A DNA stretch of 64,000 nucleotides. It comes from the human T2T-CHM13v2.0 reference genome, Homo sapiens. Of this stretch, positions 12,443 to 27,347 are shown piece after piece. Position 1 is the stretch's first letter, and each line of letters starts with the position of its first letter. Under the pieces are notes generated by a model. It searched no databases. It worked only from the letters and a program-made list of their open reading frames with translations, and had not been told where the DNA came from. The stretch lies in NCBI RefSeq assembly GCF_009914755.1, contig NC_060947.1; one strand, given 5' to 3'. A program made the translations under genes and the position numbers.

Positions 12443-14424
12443 ACACATGAGGCCATTATATACTGATAAAGCAGTCAAATATTCAGTAGTATGTAAACTT
12501 GTAAATAAATATGTATTCAACATTTGACCACCTAAATATACAAACCAAATATTAATAAATTCAGGGAAGAGAAAGACTGCAATGGTATAATAATAGGGGA
12601 CTTCAGTACCCGACTTTCAGCAATGGGAAAGTTATCCAGACAGAAAGCCAATTAGTAAACATTGGATTTAAACTATATGTTTGACCATATGGACATAAAG
12701 GACATATACAGAGCATTCCATCCAATAGCAACAGAGTATATATTCTTCCCCAATGCACATGGAACATTCTTCAATGTAGATAATGTGTTAGGCAACAAAA
12801 TAAGTCTTAATTTTCAAAAGACAGAAGTCATATCAATTATCTTTTCTAATCACAATATTATGAAACTCAAAATCAGTAAAAGAAGGAATTGAAGAAAATA
12901 CACAAATACATGGAAATTAAGCACCATGATCCCGGATAATCAGTTTTAAAGAAGAAATTAAACAAGAAATTAAAAACCATCTTGAGAAAAATGAAAATGG
13001 AATGACGACATACCAAAACACATGAAATGCAGCAAAAGCAGTTCTAAGAGAAAAGTTTATAGCAATAGACACCTACATCAAAAGAGAGTATCTCAAATAA
13101 ACAACATTACACCTCAAAGGACTAGAAAAAGAAGAATAAACTGAAGCTTAAACTTCATAGAAGAAAGAGGAAGAAAATAATAAAAAATCTGAGCAACAAT
13201 AAATGAAATGGGAACTAGAAATACAAGAGAAAAGCTCAAAAAACTAACAGTTGAGTTTTTAAAAGATAAATAAAATGAACAAACCTTTAGCTACACTAGC
13301 CAAGCAAAAGGAGAGAAAAACTCAAATCAATAAAAGCATAAATGCAAAAGAAGACATTATAATTGATACTGTATGAATACAAAGGATCATAAAAGATAAA
13401 ACTACTCCAAATAATTTACTAACAAATTGTATAGCTTAGAAGAAATAGGTAAGTTCCAAAACAGGTAAGTTCCAAGAAGCATACAGCCTACCAATCATGA
13501 AGAAACAGAAAGTTTGAACAGAACAATAATGAGTAAGATTTAACTGATAATTTAAAGTCACCCATCAAAATAAGTTTATGACCTGAACTCAGTTTCACTG
13601 CTGAATTAGAAACACAGGACGAATATAGAAAGAAGAACTAATACCGATCCTTCCTAAACTCCTCCAAAAAATTAAAGAAGAGAAAATGCTCACAAACTAA
13701 TATTGTCATGCCAGCATTATCCTGATACCAATGCCAGACAAGAACACTAAAAAAAAGTGCAAATTACAGGCCCATATCCCTAATGAAAATAGATGTAAAA
13801 TCATTAACAAAGTACTAGCAAACAAAATTCAAAAGAATATTAAAAGGATAATTTCTCATGATCAAGTGATCAATTAATTCCACGGATGCAAGGAGGGTTC
13901 AACATATACAAATCAATAAATGGGACACAGCATATTAGCATAATAAAGAATGAAAGCCATGTGATCATTTCAAAAGTTGCAGAAAAAAATTGACAAAATT
14001 CAACACCCTTTCATGAAAAAAACTCTTAATGAATTAGGTGTAGAAGAACTGTACCTCAACACAATAAATGCCACACATGACAAGCCCACAGTTAACATCA
14101 TGCTTAATGGTGAAAAGTTAAAAGCTTTTCCTCTAAGATTAGGAACAAGACATGAATGTCCACTCTCATCATTTCTGTTCAACATAGTACTGGAAGTTCT
14201 AGCCAGAGCAATTAGGCAAGAGAAAGAAATAAAAAGCACCCAAATAGAAAAGGAAGAAATAAAAGTGTCCATGTTTGCATATGGTATTATCTTATACTGT
14301 ATATGGAAAACCCTAAAGGCTTCACTATTGAGCATTTATATGATTCCATTTTGTCTTTACCCTTAGCATATTAGTTATATATCTTTTTAAACTGTTTTTA
14401 GTGATTTCCCTAGAATTTGTAATA

Positions 14425-14492
14425 CAGTAGTTCCCCCTTATCTGTGGGTGATATGTTCAAAGATTTCCAGTGGATGCCTGAAACCACAGATG
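14425..14492. mobile_element. MER44/Tigger7 terminal fragment
   Basis: TA followed by CAGTAGTTCCCCCTTATCTGTGG..CCAGTGGATGCCTGAAACCACAGAT, matching the MER44 terminus as recalled. Confidence 0.65.
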
Positions 14493-14537
14493 TGGCCTTA
14501 TATGGTCATTCATCACTTATGGTGCATATCACCTTAT

Positions 14538-15405
14538 ATGATCATGCATCACTTAACAACATGGATACATCCTATAAATGCATCCATAGGCAATTTCAGC
14601 ATGGTGTAAACATCATAGACTGTAATTACACAAACATAGATGTTATACCCTGCTTCACGCCTAGGCTATATGGTATAGGCATTACTCCTAGGCTAAAAAC
14701 TTGTACAGCATGTTACTGTACTGAATAGGGTAGGCAATTATAACTCAATGCTAAGTATTTGAGTGTCTAAATATACTTAAACATACAAAATATATAGTAA
14801 AAATACCATATACCAGATTTTTAAAAATGGTACACCTGTGTGGGGCATTTACCATGAATGGAGCTTGCATAACTGGAAGCTGCTCTTGGTGAATCAGTGA
14901 GTGGTGAATGAATGTGAAGGCCTAGGATGTTACTGTTCACTAATGTAAATTTTAGAAACATTATATGCTTGGGTTATACTAAATTTATTTTAAAATTTTC
15001 TTTCTTCAATAATAAATTAACCTTAGGTTACTGTAACATTTTTACTTTATAAACTTTTAATTTTTTTAAAATTTTTGATACCTTTCTAATAACACTCAGC
15101 TTAAAACACAAACACACTGTACCACTACAAAAATATTTTCATTTATATCCTCATTCTATAAGCTTTTTCCTATTTTCATTTTTTACTTTTTAATTTTTTG
15201 TTAAAAATAATACACAAACACACACATTATCTTAGGCCTACACAAGATCAGGATCATCAATATCACTGTTATCCACCTCCACATCTTGTTCCACTGGAAA
15301 GCCTTCAAAGACAATGATACATGGAGCTGTCATCTCCAATGATAACAATGCCTTTCTCTGGAATACCTCTTGAAGGGCCTATGTGAAGCTGTTTTACAGT
15401 TCACT
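14538..15405. mobile_element. Tigger3/MER7 (Golem) DNA transposon, one end only
   Basis: TCATGCATCACTTAAC..AACATCATAGA..CCTAGGCTATATGGTATAG..GTACAGCATGTTACTGTACTGAATA is diagnostic of Tigger3/MER7. The second terminal inverted repeat (TIR) is missing. Confidence 0.8.
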
Positions 15406-15484
15406 TTGTTGTTGTTGTTCTTGTTGTTGTTGTTGAGACAGAGTCTTGCTCTGTTGCCCAAGCTGGAGGGCAGTGGTGCAATCT
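15406..15484 (-). mobile_element. Alu 3' fragment (~50 bp plus a (TTG)n tail)
   Basis: TTGAGACAGAGTCTTGCTCTGTTGCCCAAGCTGGAGGGCAGTGGTGCAATC, followed by an abrupt switch to L1 sequence. Confidence 0.85.
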
Positions 15485-16270
15485 GAGATCCATCCAAGTT
15501 TTTTCAGGTATCAAAATAGATTATTCCTTTTGAATGTCTGACTAGTATTCCATATTATGTATGCAGGACAGTTGTTGAACCACTCATCAATTACAGGATA
15601 TTTTAGTTCTTTACAGTTTTGTAATATTACAAATAAAGCTGCTATAAAAAATAGTATACACATTTTTATATGGACATAAATTTTCATTTCTCTGAGATAA
15701 ATGCCTATAAGTGTAATTGTTTTTTTAAACTTTTTATTATAGAGTATTTTAAAAATATATAGAAGTGCAGAGAGCAACAGAATCAATCCTCATATCCATC
15801 ACCAGTTTCAAGTTATGACACCTCAGCAGACAGTCTGGTTTCCTCTGTCCCCTACCCACACCCATTGCCTCTCCTGCAGACTCTGTTGATGCACTTATTT
15901 CATATCATTTGTATATTTCTTGGTGTTTCCAAAAAGTATAGACTCTTTTTAAAGGTATAGTAACAATTATCACACCCCAAAAGAACAATAATTCCTTAAT
16001 ATCACTTAATATCTAGTGAGTGTTCAAATGTACCTAGTTATCTCTTAATTGTTTTTAAAGATTTCCATATCCAAATCCAGTAAGGTCCATACCTACTGTT
16101 AGCAGATATGTCTCCTAAGTCTTTTTTGACACACAGCTATTCATTTTTTTCCTTCCTTAAAATGTATTTGTTGAAGAAATGGGTGATTTTTTTTTTGGCT
16201 TTTGTTTTTGTGTTTGTCTGTCTGTCCTGTAGCCTTTCCCCCAAGCCTGAGCTCTGAGGATTGCATCGCT
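15485..16270 (-). mobile_element. Ancient L1M (L1MC/ME-like) 3' fragments
   Basis: TAGTATTCCATT..AAATAAAGCTGCTATAAA..TTTTCATTTCTCT. A second L1M-type 3' end starts at about 15720. Confidence 0.55.
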
Positions 16271-16276
16271 GTTGTA

Positions 16277-16329
<53 letters not shown>

Positions 16330-16472
16330 AAGTTCTGGAATACATTTGCAGAACGTGCAGGTTTGTTAGATAGGTATACATGTGCCATGGTGGTTTGCAG
16401 CACCCATCAACCTGTCATCTACATTAGATAGTTCTCCTAATGCTATCCATCCCCTAGCCCCTCACCCCCTTC
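16277..16472 (-). mobile_element. (TTA)n microsatellite tail plus a ~150-bp L1PA7/8-like 3' end
   Basis: TTA array, then TTTAAGTTCTGGAATACAT..GCAGAACGTGCAGGTTTGTT..CACCCATCAACCTGTCATCTACATTAG. Confidence 0.85.
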
Positions 16473-16474
16473 AG

Positions 16475-17096
16475 CAAATAGTTGGATATTTGTCTTTAAT
16501 CTCCTTCACCAATCTCTGTACTTAATTGGTGTATGTAGGTCCTTTACATTATATGTAATTTATAGTGTTTTATGGCTTAAGTCTGTCACTTTAGTTTTAG
16601 TTTTCTGTTTGTGTTCTCTGTTTTTTGTTTGTTTTTGTTTTCTTTTTCTGCCTTCCTGTGAATTTTTTGAACATTCTTAAAATTCCATTTGATTTATCTG
16701 GAGTTTTTGAGTATATTTCTTTGCATAGCTTTTTCATATAACCTTGTTGCTCTAGATATTACATTACATATAAATTACCTATCATAGTCTATTAATATCA
16801 ACATTTTACCAGTTCAAGTAAAATATAAAAACCTTACCTCCCTTTACATGTCTTTACCCTCTCTGATTTTCAATAAATTTTCAAAAATATTTACTCTACA
16901 TATATTGAGAACTACGTTGGAGAGTATAATAATATTTGCTTCACCTGTCAAACATAATTTAGGCAACTCAAGAGGAGAAGAAAAATCCATTGTATTTACA
17001 CATATTTTTACACTTTCTGTTGTTTATTTCTTTTGCCCGATGTTGCAAGTCTCCTTCTTTTATTCTTTCTTATCTGTTTAGAGAACATTCTGTAGC
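16475..17096 (-). mobile_element. Ancient L1M inter-ORF/ORF2-start fragment (left half of the L1PB1 host)
   Basis: Decayed reverse-strand ORF2 N-terminus. Continues after the L1PB1 at about 26562. Confidence 0.6.
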
Positions 17097-17466
17097 CAGT
17101 ATTTTATTTTTTTCATAAGTTATTAGGTACAGGAGGTATTTGTTTACATGAGTAAGTTCTTTAGTGGAGACTTGCAAGAACCTGGTGCACTCATCACCTG
17201 AGCAGTATACACTGCACCATATTTGTTGTCTTTTATCCCTCAGCCACCTCCCACTCATCCCCCCAATTCCTCAAAGTTCATTGTGTCATTCTTATCATCA
17301 TTCTTATGCCTTTCCATACTCACAGCTTAGCTCTCACATATCAGTGAGAACATATGATGTTTGGTTTTCCATTCCTAAGTTACTTCACTTAGAATAATAT
17401 TCTCTAATCTCATCCAGGTGATTGCAAATGCTGTTCATCCATTCCTTTTTATGGCTGAGAAGCATT

Positions 17467-17469
<3 letters not shown>

Positions 17470-17518
<49 letters not shown>

Positions 17519-17620
17519 TATATATGATGCTATATATATACACATATATATGATGCCATATATATATATACACATATATGATGCCATATGTGTGTGTGTA
17601 TATATACATATATATATGCC
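17470..17620. repeat. Compound TA/CA/TG microsatellite-minisatellite within the L1PB1
   Basis: A (TA)n run, then three units of CACATATA(TA)TGATGC(T/C)ATAT. Confidence 0.9.
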
Positions 17621-20485
17621 AGTTTCTTTATCCACTCATTGATTGATGGTTATTTGGGTTGATTCCATGATTTTGCTATTGTTTATTGTACTGCTATAAA
17701 CATGTGTGTGTAAGTATCTTTTTTCTGTCTCTGAGTAGATACCCAGTAATGGGATTCCTTGATCAAACAGTAGTTCTACTTTTAGTTCTTTAATGAATCT
17801 CCACACTGTTTTCTGCAGTGGCTGTACTAGTTTAGATTACCACCAGCAGTGTAGAAATAATCCCTGATCACTGCATCCATGTCAACATCTACTGTTTTTT
17901 GATTCTCTGATAATGGCGATTCTTACAGGAGTACAGTGGTATCGCTTTGTGGTTTTGATTTGCATTTCCCTGACCATTAGTGATGTTGAGCAGTTTTTCA
18001 TATGTTTGTTGGCCATTTGTGTATCTTATTTTGAGAATTGTCTATTCATGTTCTTAGCCCACTTTTTGATGGGATTGATTGTTTTTTTCTTACTGATTTG
18101 TTTGAGTTAGTTGTATATCCTGGATATTATTCTTTTGTTGGGTGTATAGATTGTGAAGATTTTCTCCCACTATGTGGGTTGTCTTTTTACTCTGTGGTCT
18201 GTTCCTTTTGCCATGCAAAAGCTCTTTAGTCTAATTAGGTCTCAGATATTTATCTTTGTTTTTATTGCAATTGCTTTTGGGTTTTTAGTCATGAAATCCT
18301 TGCATAAGCCAATGTTTAGAAGGGTTTTTCCAAAGTTATCTTCTAGAATTTTTACAGTTTCAAGTCTTAGATTTAAGTCTTTAATTTATCTTAAGTTGAT
18401 TTTTGTATAAGGTGAGAGATGAGGATCCAGTTTCATTCTCCTACATGTGGCTAGTCAATTATCCCAGCACTATTTGTTGAAACAGGTGTCCTTTCCTCAA
18501 TTTGTTTTTTTCTTTGCCTTGTCAAAGATCAGTTGGCCATAAGCATTTTGGTTTATTTCTGGGTTCTCTATTCTGTTCCATTGGTCTATGTGCCTATTTT
18601 TATACCAGTACCATGATGTTTTGGTGACTATGGCCTTATAGTATAGTTTGAAATCAGGTAGTGTGATACCTCCAGGTTTGTTCTTTTTACTTAGTCTTGC
18701 TTTGGTTATGCAGGCTCATTTTTTGGTTCCATATGAGTTTGGGAATTGTTTTTTCTAACTCTGTAAAAAAAGATCGTGGTATTTTGATGGGAATTGTGTC
18801 AAATTTGTAGATTGCTTTTGGCAGTATGGTCATTTTCACAATATTGATTCTACCCATCCATGAGCATCGGATGTGTTTCCATTTGTTTGTGTTGTCCATG
18901 ATTTCTTTTAGCAGTGTTTTGTAGTTTTCCTTGCAGAGGTCTTTCAAATCCTTCATTAGGTAGATTTGTAAGGTTGTTTTGTTTGTTTGTTTGTTTGTTT
19001 GCTTTTCTTGCAACTATTGTGAAAGAACGGGGTTGAGTTCTGGATCTGATTCTCTGCTTGGTCACTGTTGGTGTATAGAAGAGCTACTGATTTGTGTACA
19101 TTTATCTTGTATACAGAAACTTTGTTGATTTTTTTTTCAATCAGTTCTAGGAGCTTCCTGGAGGAGTCCTTAGGGTTTTCAAGGTAAATGATCATATCAT
19201 CAGCAAACCGGGATAGTTTGACTTCCTCTTAGCTGATTTGGATGCCCTTCATCTCTTTCTTATTTCAAATTGCTCTGACTAAGACTTCCAGTTGAAGAGG
19301 AGTGGTGAAAGTGAGCATCTTGGTCTTGTTCTTATTCTCAGGAGTAATGCTTTCAAATTTTCCCGATTCAGTATTATGTTGGCTATTGGTTTGTCATAAA
19401 TGCCTTTTATTACATTAAGGTGTGTCCCTTGTATGCCGATTTTACTGAAGGTTTGGATTATAAAAGGATGCTGGATTTTGTCAAATGCTTTTTCTGCATC
19501 TATTGAGATGATCATGTCATTTTCTTTTTAATTCTGTTTATGTGGTGAATCACATGTATTGTCTTGTGTATGTTAAACCATCCCTGCTATGAAAACCATT
19601 GATCATGGTGGACTATCTTTTGGATATTGTTTTTGATTCATTAGCTAGTATTTTGTTAAGGATTTTAGCATCTATATTCATCAAGGATATCAGTCTGTAT
19701 TTTTCTTTCTTTCTTTTTTTTTTTTTTTTTTTTTTGGTTGTCCTTTCCTGGTTTGGGTATTAGGGTAATGCTGGCTTCATAGAATGAATTAGGGAGGTTT
19801 CCATCATTGTCTATCATGTGGAATAGTGTCAAAAGGATTGGCACCAATTCTTCTTTGAATGTCTGATAGAATCCTGCTCTGAATCTGTCTGGTCCTGGAC
19901 TTGTTTTGTGTTGGTAATTTTTTAATTAGCAACTCTCTGCTTGTTATTGGTCTGTTCAGGGTATGTAATTCTTCCTGATTTAAGATAGGAGGGTTTTATT
20001 TTTCCAGGAATTTACCCATCTCTTTCTAGGTTTTCTAGTTTATGTTTGTAAAGGTGTTCATAGTAGCCTTGAATGATCTTTTGTATTCAGTGGTGTCAGT
20101 TATAACATCCCTTTCTTTGTTTCTCAGTGAGGTTATTTGGATTTTCTCTCTTCTTTTCTTGGTTAATCTTGCTAGTGGTCTATCAATCTTGTTTATCTCT
20201 CCAAAGAATCAGCTTTTTGTTTTCATTTATCTTTTGTACTGTTTTTTTCTTTCAATTTCATTTAGTTCTGCTCTGATCTTAGTTATTTCCTTTCTTCTGC
20301 TGGGTTTGGGTTTGGTTTGTTCTTGTTCCTTGAGGCATAACCTTAGATTGTCTGTTTTTTGCTCTTTCAGACTTTTTGATGTAGGTGTTTAGGGCTATGA
20401 ACTTTCCTCTTAGCATCGCCTTAGCTGTATCCCAGAGGCTTTGATTGGCTGTGTCATTATTGTCATTCAGTTTGAAGAACTTTTT

Positions 20486-22083
<1,598 letters not shown>

Positions 22084-24621
22084 GAAGAACTTTTTAATTT
22101 CCATCTTGTTTTCATTATTGACCCAATGCTCATTCAAGAGCAGGTTATTTAATTTCCATGTATTTTCATGGTTTTGAGTGTTCTTTTTGGAGTTGATTTC
22201 CGATTTTATTCTACTATGGTCTGAGAGAGTGCTTGATATAATTTCAATTTTCTTAAATTTATTGATGCTCATTTTATGGCCCATCATATGGTCTATCTTG
22301 GAGAAAGTTCCATGCACTGTTGAATAGAATATGTATTCTGTGGTTGTTGGGTGAAGTGTTCTGTATATATCTGTTAAGTCCATTTGTTTCAAAGTATAGT
22401 TTAAATCCACTGTTTCTTTGTTGACTTTCTCTCTTGATGACCTGTGTAGTGCTGTCAGTGGAGTATTTAAGTCCCGCACTATTTTTGTGTTGCTATCTAT
22501 CTCATTTCTTATGCCATTAGTAATCATTTTATAAATTTGTGAGCTCCAGTGTTAGGTATATATATGTTTAAGATTGTGATATTTTCCTGTTGGACAAGGT
22601 CTTTTACCATTATATAATGCCCCTCTTTGTCTCTTCTAACCACTGTTGCTTTAAAGTTGTTTTGTCTGATATAAGAATTGCTACCCTTGCTCACTTTTAG
22701 TGTCAACTTGCATGGCATGCCTTTTTCCACCCCTTTACTTTAAGTTTATGTGAGCCCTTATGTGTTAGGTGAGTCTCCTGAAGGCAGCAGATAGTTGATT
22801 GGTGAATTCTGATCCATTCTGCAATTCTGTATCTTTTAAGTGGAGCATTTAGGCCATTTACATTCAATGTTAGTGTTGAAATGTGTAGTACCATTGCATT
22901 CATCATGCTTGTTGTTGCCTGCATACTTTGTTTTTTGTTTTTGCTTTTTAACTTGTATTTCGGTTTTACAGGTCCTGTGTGCTTTATGCTTTAAAATGAT
23001 TCTGTCTTGATATGTTTCTAGGATTTGTTTCAAGATTTAGAGCAACTTTTAGAAGTTCTCATAGTGGTGGCTTGGTAAAGGCAAATTCTTTCAACATTTG
23101 TCTGAAAATGACTGTATCTTTTCTTCATATATGATGCTTAATTTTGCTGGATACAAAATTATTGGCTGAAGGTTGTTTTGTCTGAGGTTGAAGATAGGCC
23201 CCCAATCCCTTCTAGCTTGTGGGGTTTCTGCTGAGAAGTCTGCTGTTAATCTGATAGGTTTTCTTTATAGGTTACCTGGCACTTCTGTCTCATAGCTCTT
23301 AAGGTTCTTTCTTTGTCTTAACTTTGGATAACCTGATGACAATGTGCCTAGGTGAAGATCTTTTTGCAATGAATTTCCCAGATATTCTTTGTGCTTCTTG
23401 TATTTGCATGTCTAGGTCTCTAGCAAGGCCAGGAAAGTTTTCCTCAATTATTCCCCCAAATATGTTTTCTGACTTTTAGGATTCTCTTCTTCCTCAGGAA
23501 CTCCACTTGTTCTTAGGTTTGTTGCTTTAATATAATCCCAGACTTCTTGTAGACTTTGTTCATATTTTCTTATTCTTTTTTCGTTGTCTTTGTTGGATTG
23601 GGTTAATTCAAAGACCTTGTCTTTGAACTCTGAATTTCTTTCTTCTACCTCTGCAATTCTATTGCTGAGACTTTCAGAGCATTTCACATTTCTAAAACTG
23701 TGTCCATTGTTTCCCGAAGTTTTTACTGTTTTCTCTTTTAAGCCATCTATTTTGTTGAATATTTCTCCCTTCACTTCTTGTATCATTTTTTGGATTTCCT
23801 TGTACTGGGCTTTGCCTTTCTCTGGTCCCTCCATGCCTAGCTTAACAGCTAACCACCTGAATTCTTTTTCAGGTAAGTGAGAGATTTCTTTTTGGTTTGG
23901 ATCCATTGCTGGTGAACTAGTGTGATTTTGAGGGGGTGTTGATGAGACTTGTTTTGTCATATTACCAAGGTTGTTTTTCTGGTTCTTTCCCATTTGGATA
24001 GGCTCTGTCAGAAGGAAGTTCTAGGGCTGAAGGCTGTTGTTCAGATATTTTTCTCCCACAGGGTGTTCTCTTGACATAGTACTCATCCCCTTTTCTTGTG
24101 GTTGTAGCTTCCTGTGAGCTGAACTGCAGTGATTGTTGTCTCTCTTCTGGGTCCAGCCATTCAGCGAGTTTACCCAGTTCCTGGCTGGTGTTGAGGGGGT
24201 TCTGCACAGAGCCCTGTGATGTGAACCATCTATGGGTCTCTCACCCATGGATACCAGCATCTGTTCCAGTGGAGGTGGTGGAGGGAGCAATGGACTCTGT
24301 GAGAGTTGTTAGCTTTGGAAGGATCATCAGGTGGGGATGGAGCTATTTGTGTCTGAGCTCAGACTTTCCTTGAGTGGGTCTTGCTTCAGCTGCTGTGAGG
24401 GATGGGATGAGATTCCCAGGTCACTGGAGTTGTGTGCCTAGGAGGATTATGGCTGCCTCTGTTGAGTCATGCAGGTTGTCAGGGAAGTGGGAAAAAGACG
24501 GCAGTCAGAGGCATCACCCACCTCCCATGGAAACTGAAGGGCTGGTTTCACTCCCACCATGCCACCAGCAACAGCTCTGAGTTTGTTCCCAGATGGAGGG
24601 CAGACTTGAAAACTTGCCCGA

Positions 24622-26017
24622 CATTGTACCAAAACAAAGATATAGACCAATGGAACAGAACAGAGCCCTCAGAAATAATACCAAACATCTACAAAAACCA
24701 TCTGATATTTGACAAACCTGACAAAAACAAGCAATGGGGAAAGAATTCCCTATTTAATAAATGGTGCTGGGAAAACTGGCTAGCCATATGTAGAAAGCTG
24801 AAACTGGATCACTTCCTTACACCTTATACAAAAATTAATTCAAGATGGATTAAAGACTTAAATGTAAGACTGAAAACCATAAAAAACCCTAGAAGAAAAC
24901 CTAGGCAATTCCATTCAGGCCATAGGCATGGGCAAGGACTTCATGACTAAAACACCAAAAGAAATGGCAACAAAAGCCAAAATAGACAAATGTATCTAAT
25001 TAAACTAAGGAGCTTCTGCACAGCAAAAGAAACTACCATCAGAGCGAACAAGCAACCTACAGAATGGGAAAACATTTTTGCAATCTACCGATCTGACAAA
25101 TGGCTAATTTCCAGAATCTACAAAGAACTCAAACAAATTTACAAGAAAAAAATCAAACAACCCCATCAAAAAGTGGGCAAAGGATGTGAACAGACACTTC
25201 TTAAAAGAAGACATTTATGCAGCCAAGAGACACATGAAAAAATGCTCATCATCACTGGCCATCAGAGAAATGCAAATCAAAACCACAATGAGATATCATT
25301 TCACACCAGTTAGAATGGTGATCATTAAAAAGTCAGGAAACAACAGGTGCTGGAGAGGATGTGGAGAAATAGGAACACTTTTAAACTGTTGATGCAACTG
25401 TAAACTAGTTCAACCATTGTGGAAAAGAGTGTGGTGATTCTTCAAGGATCTAGAACTAGAAATACCATTTGACCCAGCCATCCCATTACTGGGTATATAC
25501 CCAAAGGATTATAAATCATGCTGCTATAAAGACACTTGCACACATATGTTTATTGCAGCACTATACACAATAGCAAAGACTTGGAACCAACCCAAATGTC
25601 CAACAATGATAGACTGGATTAAGAAAATGTGGCACATATACACCATAGAATACTATGCAGCCATAAAAAAGGATGAGTTCATGTCCTTTGTAGGGACATG
25701 GATGAAGCTGGAAACCATCATTCTGAGCAAGCTATCACAAGGACAGAAAACCAAACACCGCATGTTCTCACTCACAGATGGGAATTGAACAATGAGAACA
25801 TTTGGACACAGGGTGGGGAATGTCATACACTGGGGCCTGGTGTGGGGTGGGGGGAGAGGGGAGGGATAGCATTAGGAGAAATACCTAATGTAAGTGATGA
25901 GTTAATGGGTGCATCACAGCAACATGGCACATGTATACATATGTAACAAACCTGCACATTGTGCACATGAACCCTAGAACTTAAAGTATAATAAAAAAAA
26001 AATTTAAAAAATAAAAA
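24622..26017 (+). mobile_element. 5'-truncated L1PA (L1PA5-like), ~1.4 kb, inserted in the L1PB1 5'UTR
   Basis: Perfect 14-bp TSD GAAAACTTGCCCGA at 24608-24621 and 26018-26031. ORF2 C-terminal remnants, 3'UTR and poly-A are present. Confidence 0.93.
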
Positions 26018-26561
26018 GAAAACTTGCCCGATGCTTTCCACCTCCCAGCTGCAAAAGAAAAGGGCTTTAGTTCTTCCTCAGCCTGTGAAATCTGCAAGCG
26101 GGATTCGTACCCTCCCCCAAGTTCTGGCTAGGGGGCTTCTTGCCCAGCTCAAAGTGTTACAAAGTTCAGCTAGGGAAGTCTTTCTCCCAGGTGGGGTTTT
26201 ACACCCTGCTTCTCTGGCCTCCCTCCTAATGGATCCCTGTGGTGCCAAGCAGGAATGGGCTACTTGGGGATTGCAAACAGATCTTCAGCTTCCCCAGTGG
26301 GGGTGAGTGTTCGGGAAAGGAGGATCTCCCTCTCTCACTTCTGCAGTTGGGGCACTCAGAGTATTTGTGGTGTCTCCCAGATTCTGCGGGAGCAGTCCAC
26401 TTCCTTCAGAGGGTGTATGGGTCCTTTCAGGACTGCTGGTTTGTTCTTGCTGTGGATCTGAAGCTAAAATTCACAATGAAAGCCTCCTCAATGCTGCTCT
26501 ATCTGGAGCTGCAGTCTAGTCCTGCCTCCTGTCGGCCATGATCTACCCAATCAATATTTTA

Positions 26562-27200
26562 AATAAAGTCTGCAGGCAACAAATTCTTTTCGTTTCTTTT
26601 CCTCTTAGAATATCTTGTTCTACCTTTTATTCCTGAAGGATATTTTAGTATATGCAAAATTCCAGGTTGATAGTTACCTTTTATTCCAGAACTTGAAAAA
26701 TGTTGTGCCTCTTCCTTCTGGCCTCCATGGTTTTGGATGATAAATCTTCTCATTCATATTGGTAAAGTGTCATTTCTGCCCCAAAATACTCAATTTTTTT
26801 GTCTTTAGTTTTCAAAAGTTTGACTCTGATGTGTCTTCTCATAAATTCCTTTGTGTTCATCCCGTTTCAGTTCACTCAGCTTCTTGAAAAGATATATGTC
26901 TATGTTTTTTGCTAATTTTGAGGATTTTACAGCCATTATTTCTTCAAATACTTTTTGAGACCCATGCTTCTTCTACTCTGTCTTTGGGACTCTGATAACA
27001 AAAATCTTTTGTTATAGTTCCACAGGAGTCTAAGGTTCTATTCATCTTTTTAAGTCTATTTTCTCTCTGTTGTTTAGATTAGGTAATATAATCTAGTCTA
27101 TCTTCAAGTTATCTCATTCATTCCTCTGATCTGTCCATTCTCCTGTTGAGCCCATCCATTAAGTTTTTTTTTAATTTTGAATATTGTATTTTCATATAAA
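26562..27200 (-). mobile_element. Ancient L1M ORF1 fragment (right half of the L1PB1 host)
   Basis: Reverse-strand ORF1 motifs (TTCCTGAAGGATATTTT..AAATTCCAGGTTGATAG..CCTTCTGGCCTCCATGG..GCCATTATTTCTTCAAATA). Confidence 0.65.
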
Positions 27201-27274
27201 TATATAATTTCAACTCATAAAGCTTAGAGCCGGATGCAGCTCTTGGCTTTCCTATCACTGTAAGTATATACTTA

Positions 27275-27347
27275 CTCTCCTGTCACTGTAAGTTTACACT
27301 TTGTAGCTAAATTAGCTACAAAGTGTAAACTTACAGTGATAGGGGAG
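27275..27347. repeat. Inverted repeat: perfect 28-bp arms with a 1-nt spacer, extendable to 36 bp with two G-T pairs
   Basis: TCACTGTAAGTTTACACTTTGTAGCTAA (27283-27310), A, TTAGCTACAAAGTGTAAACTTACAGTGA (27312-27339). Confidence 0.95.

Larger units (their letters stand above)
7092..14330 (+). mobile_element. Old L1M (L1MA-like) element: 5'UTR, decayed ORF1 (~9000-9950) and ORF2 up to the RT region; interrupted by two L1PA insertions
   Basis: 5' end TAAGATGGCAGAATAAG and decayed ORF1 motifs. ORF2 remnants in the ORF track at 12662-12892 (endonuclease) and 13977-14366 ([26 protein letters not shown]). Confidence 0.8.

Noticed and set aside
24432-24950. 172-aa chimeric ORF as a new gene
   Set aside because: It is chance read-through from antisense L1PB 5'UTR into the ORF2 frame of the inserted L1PA, with a non-ATG start and a frameshifted end.
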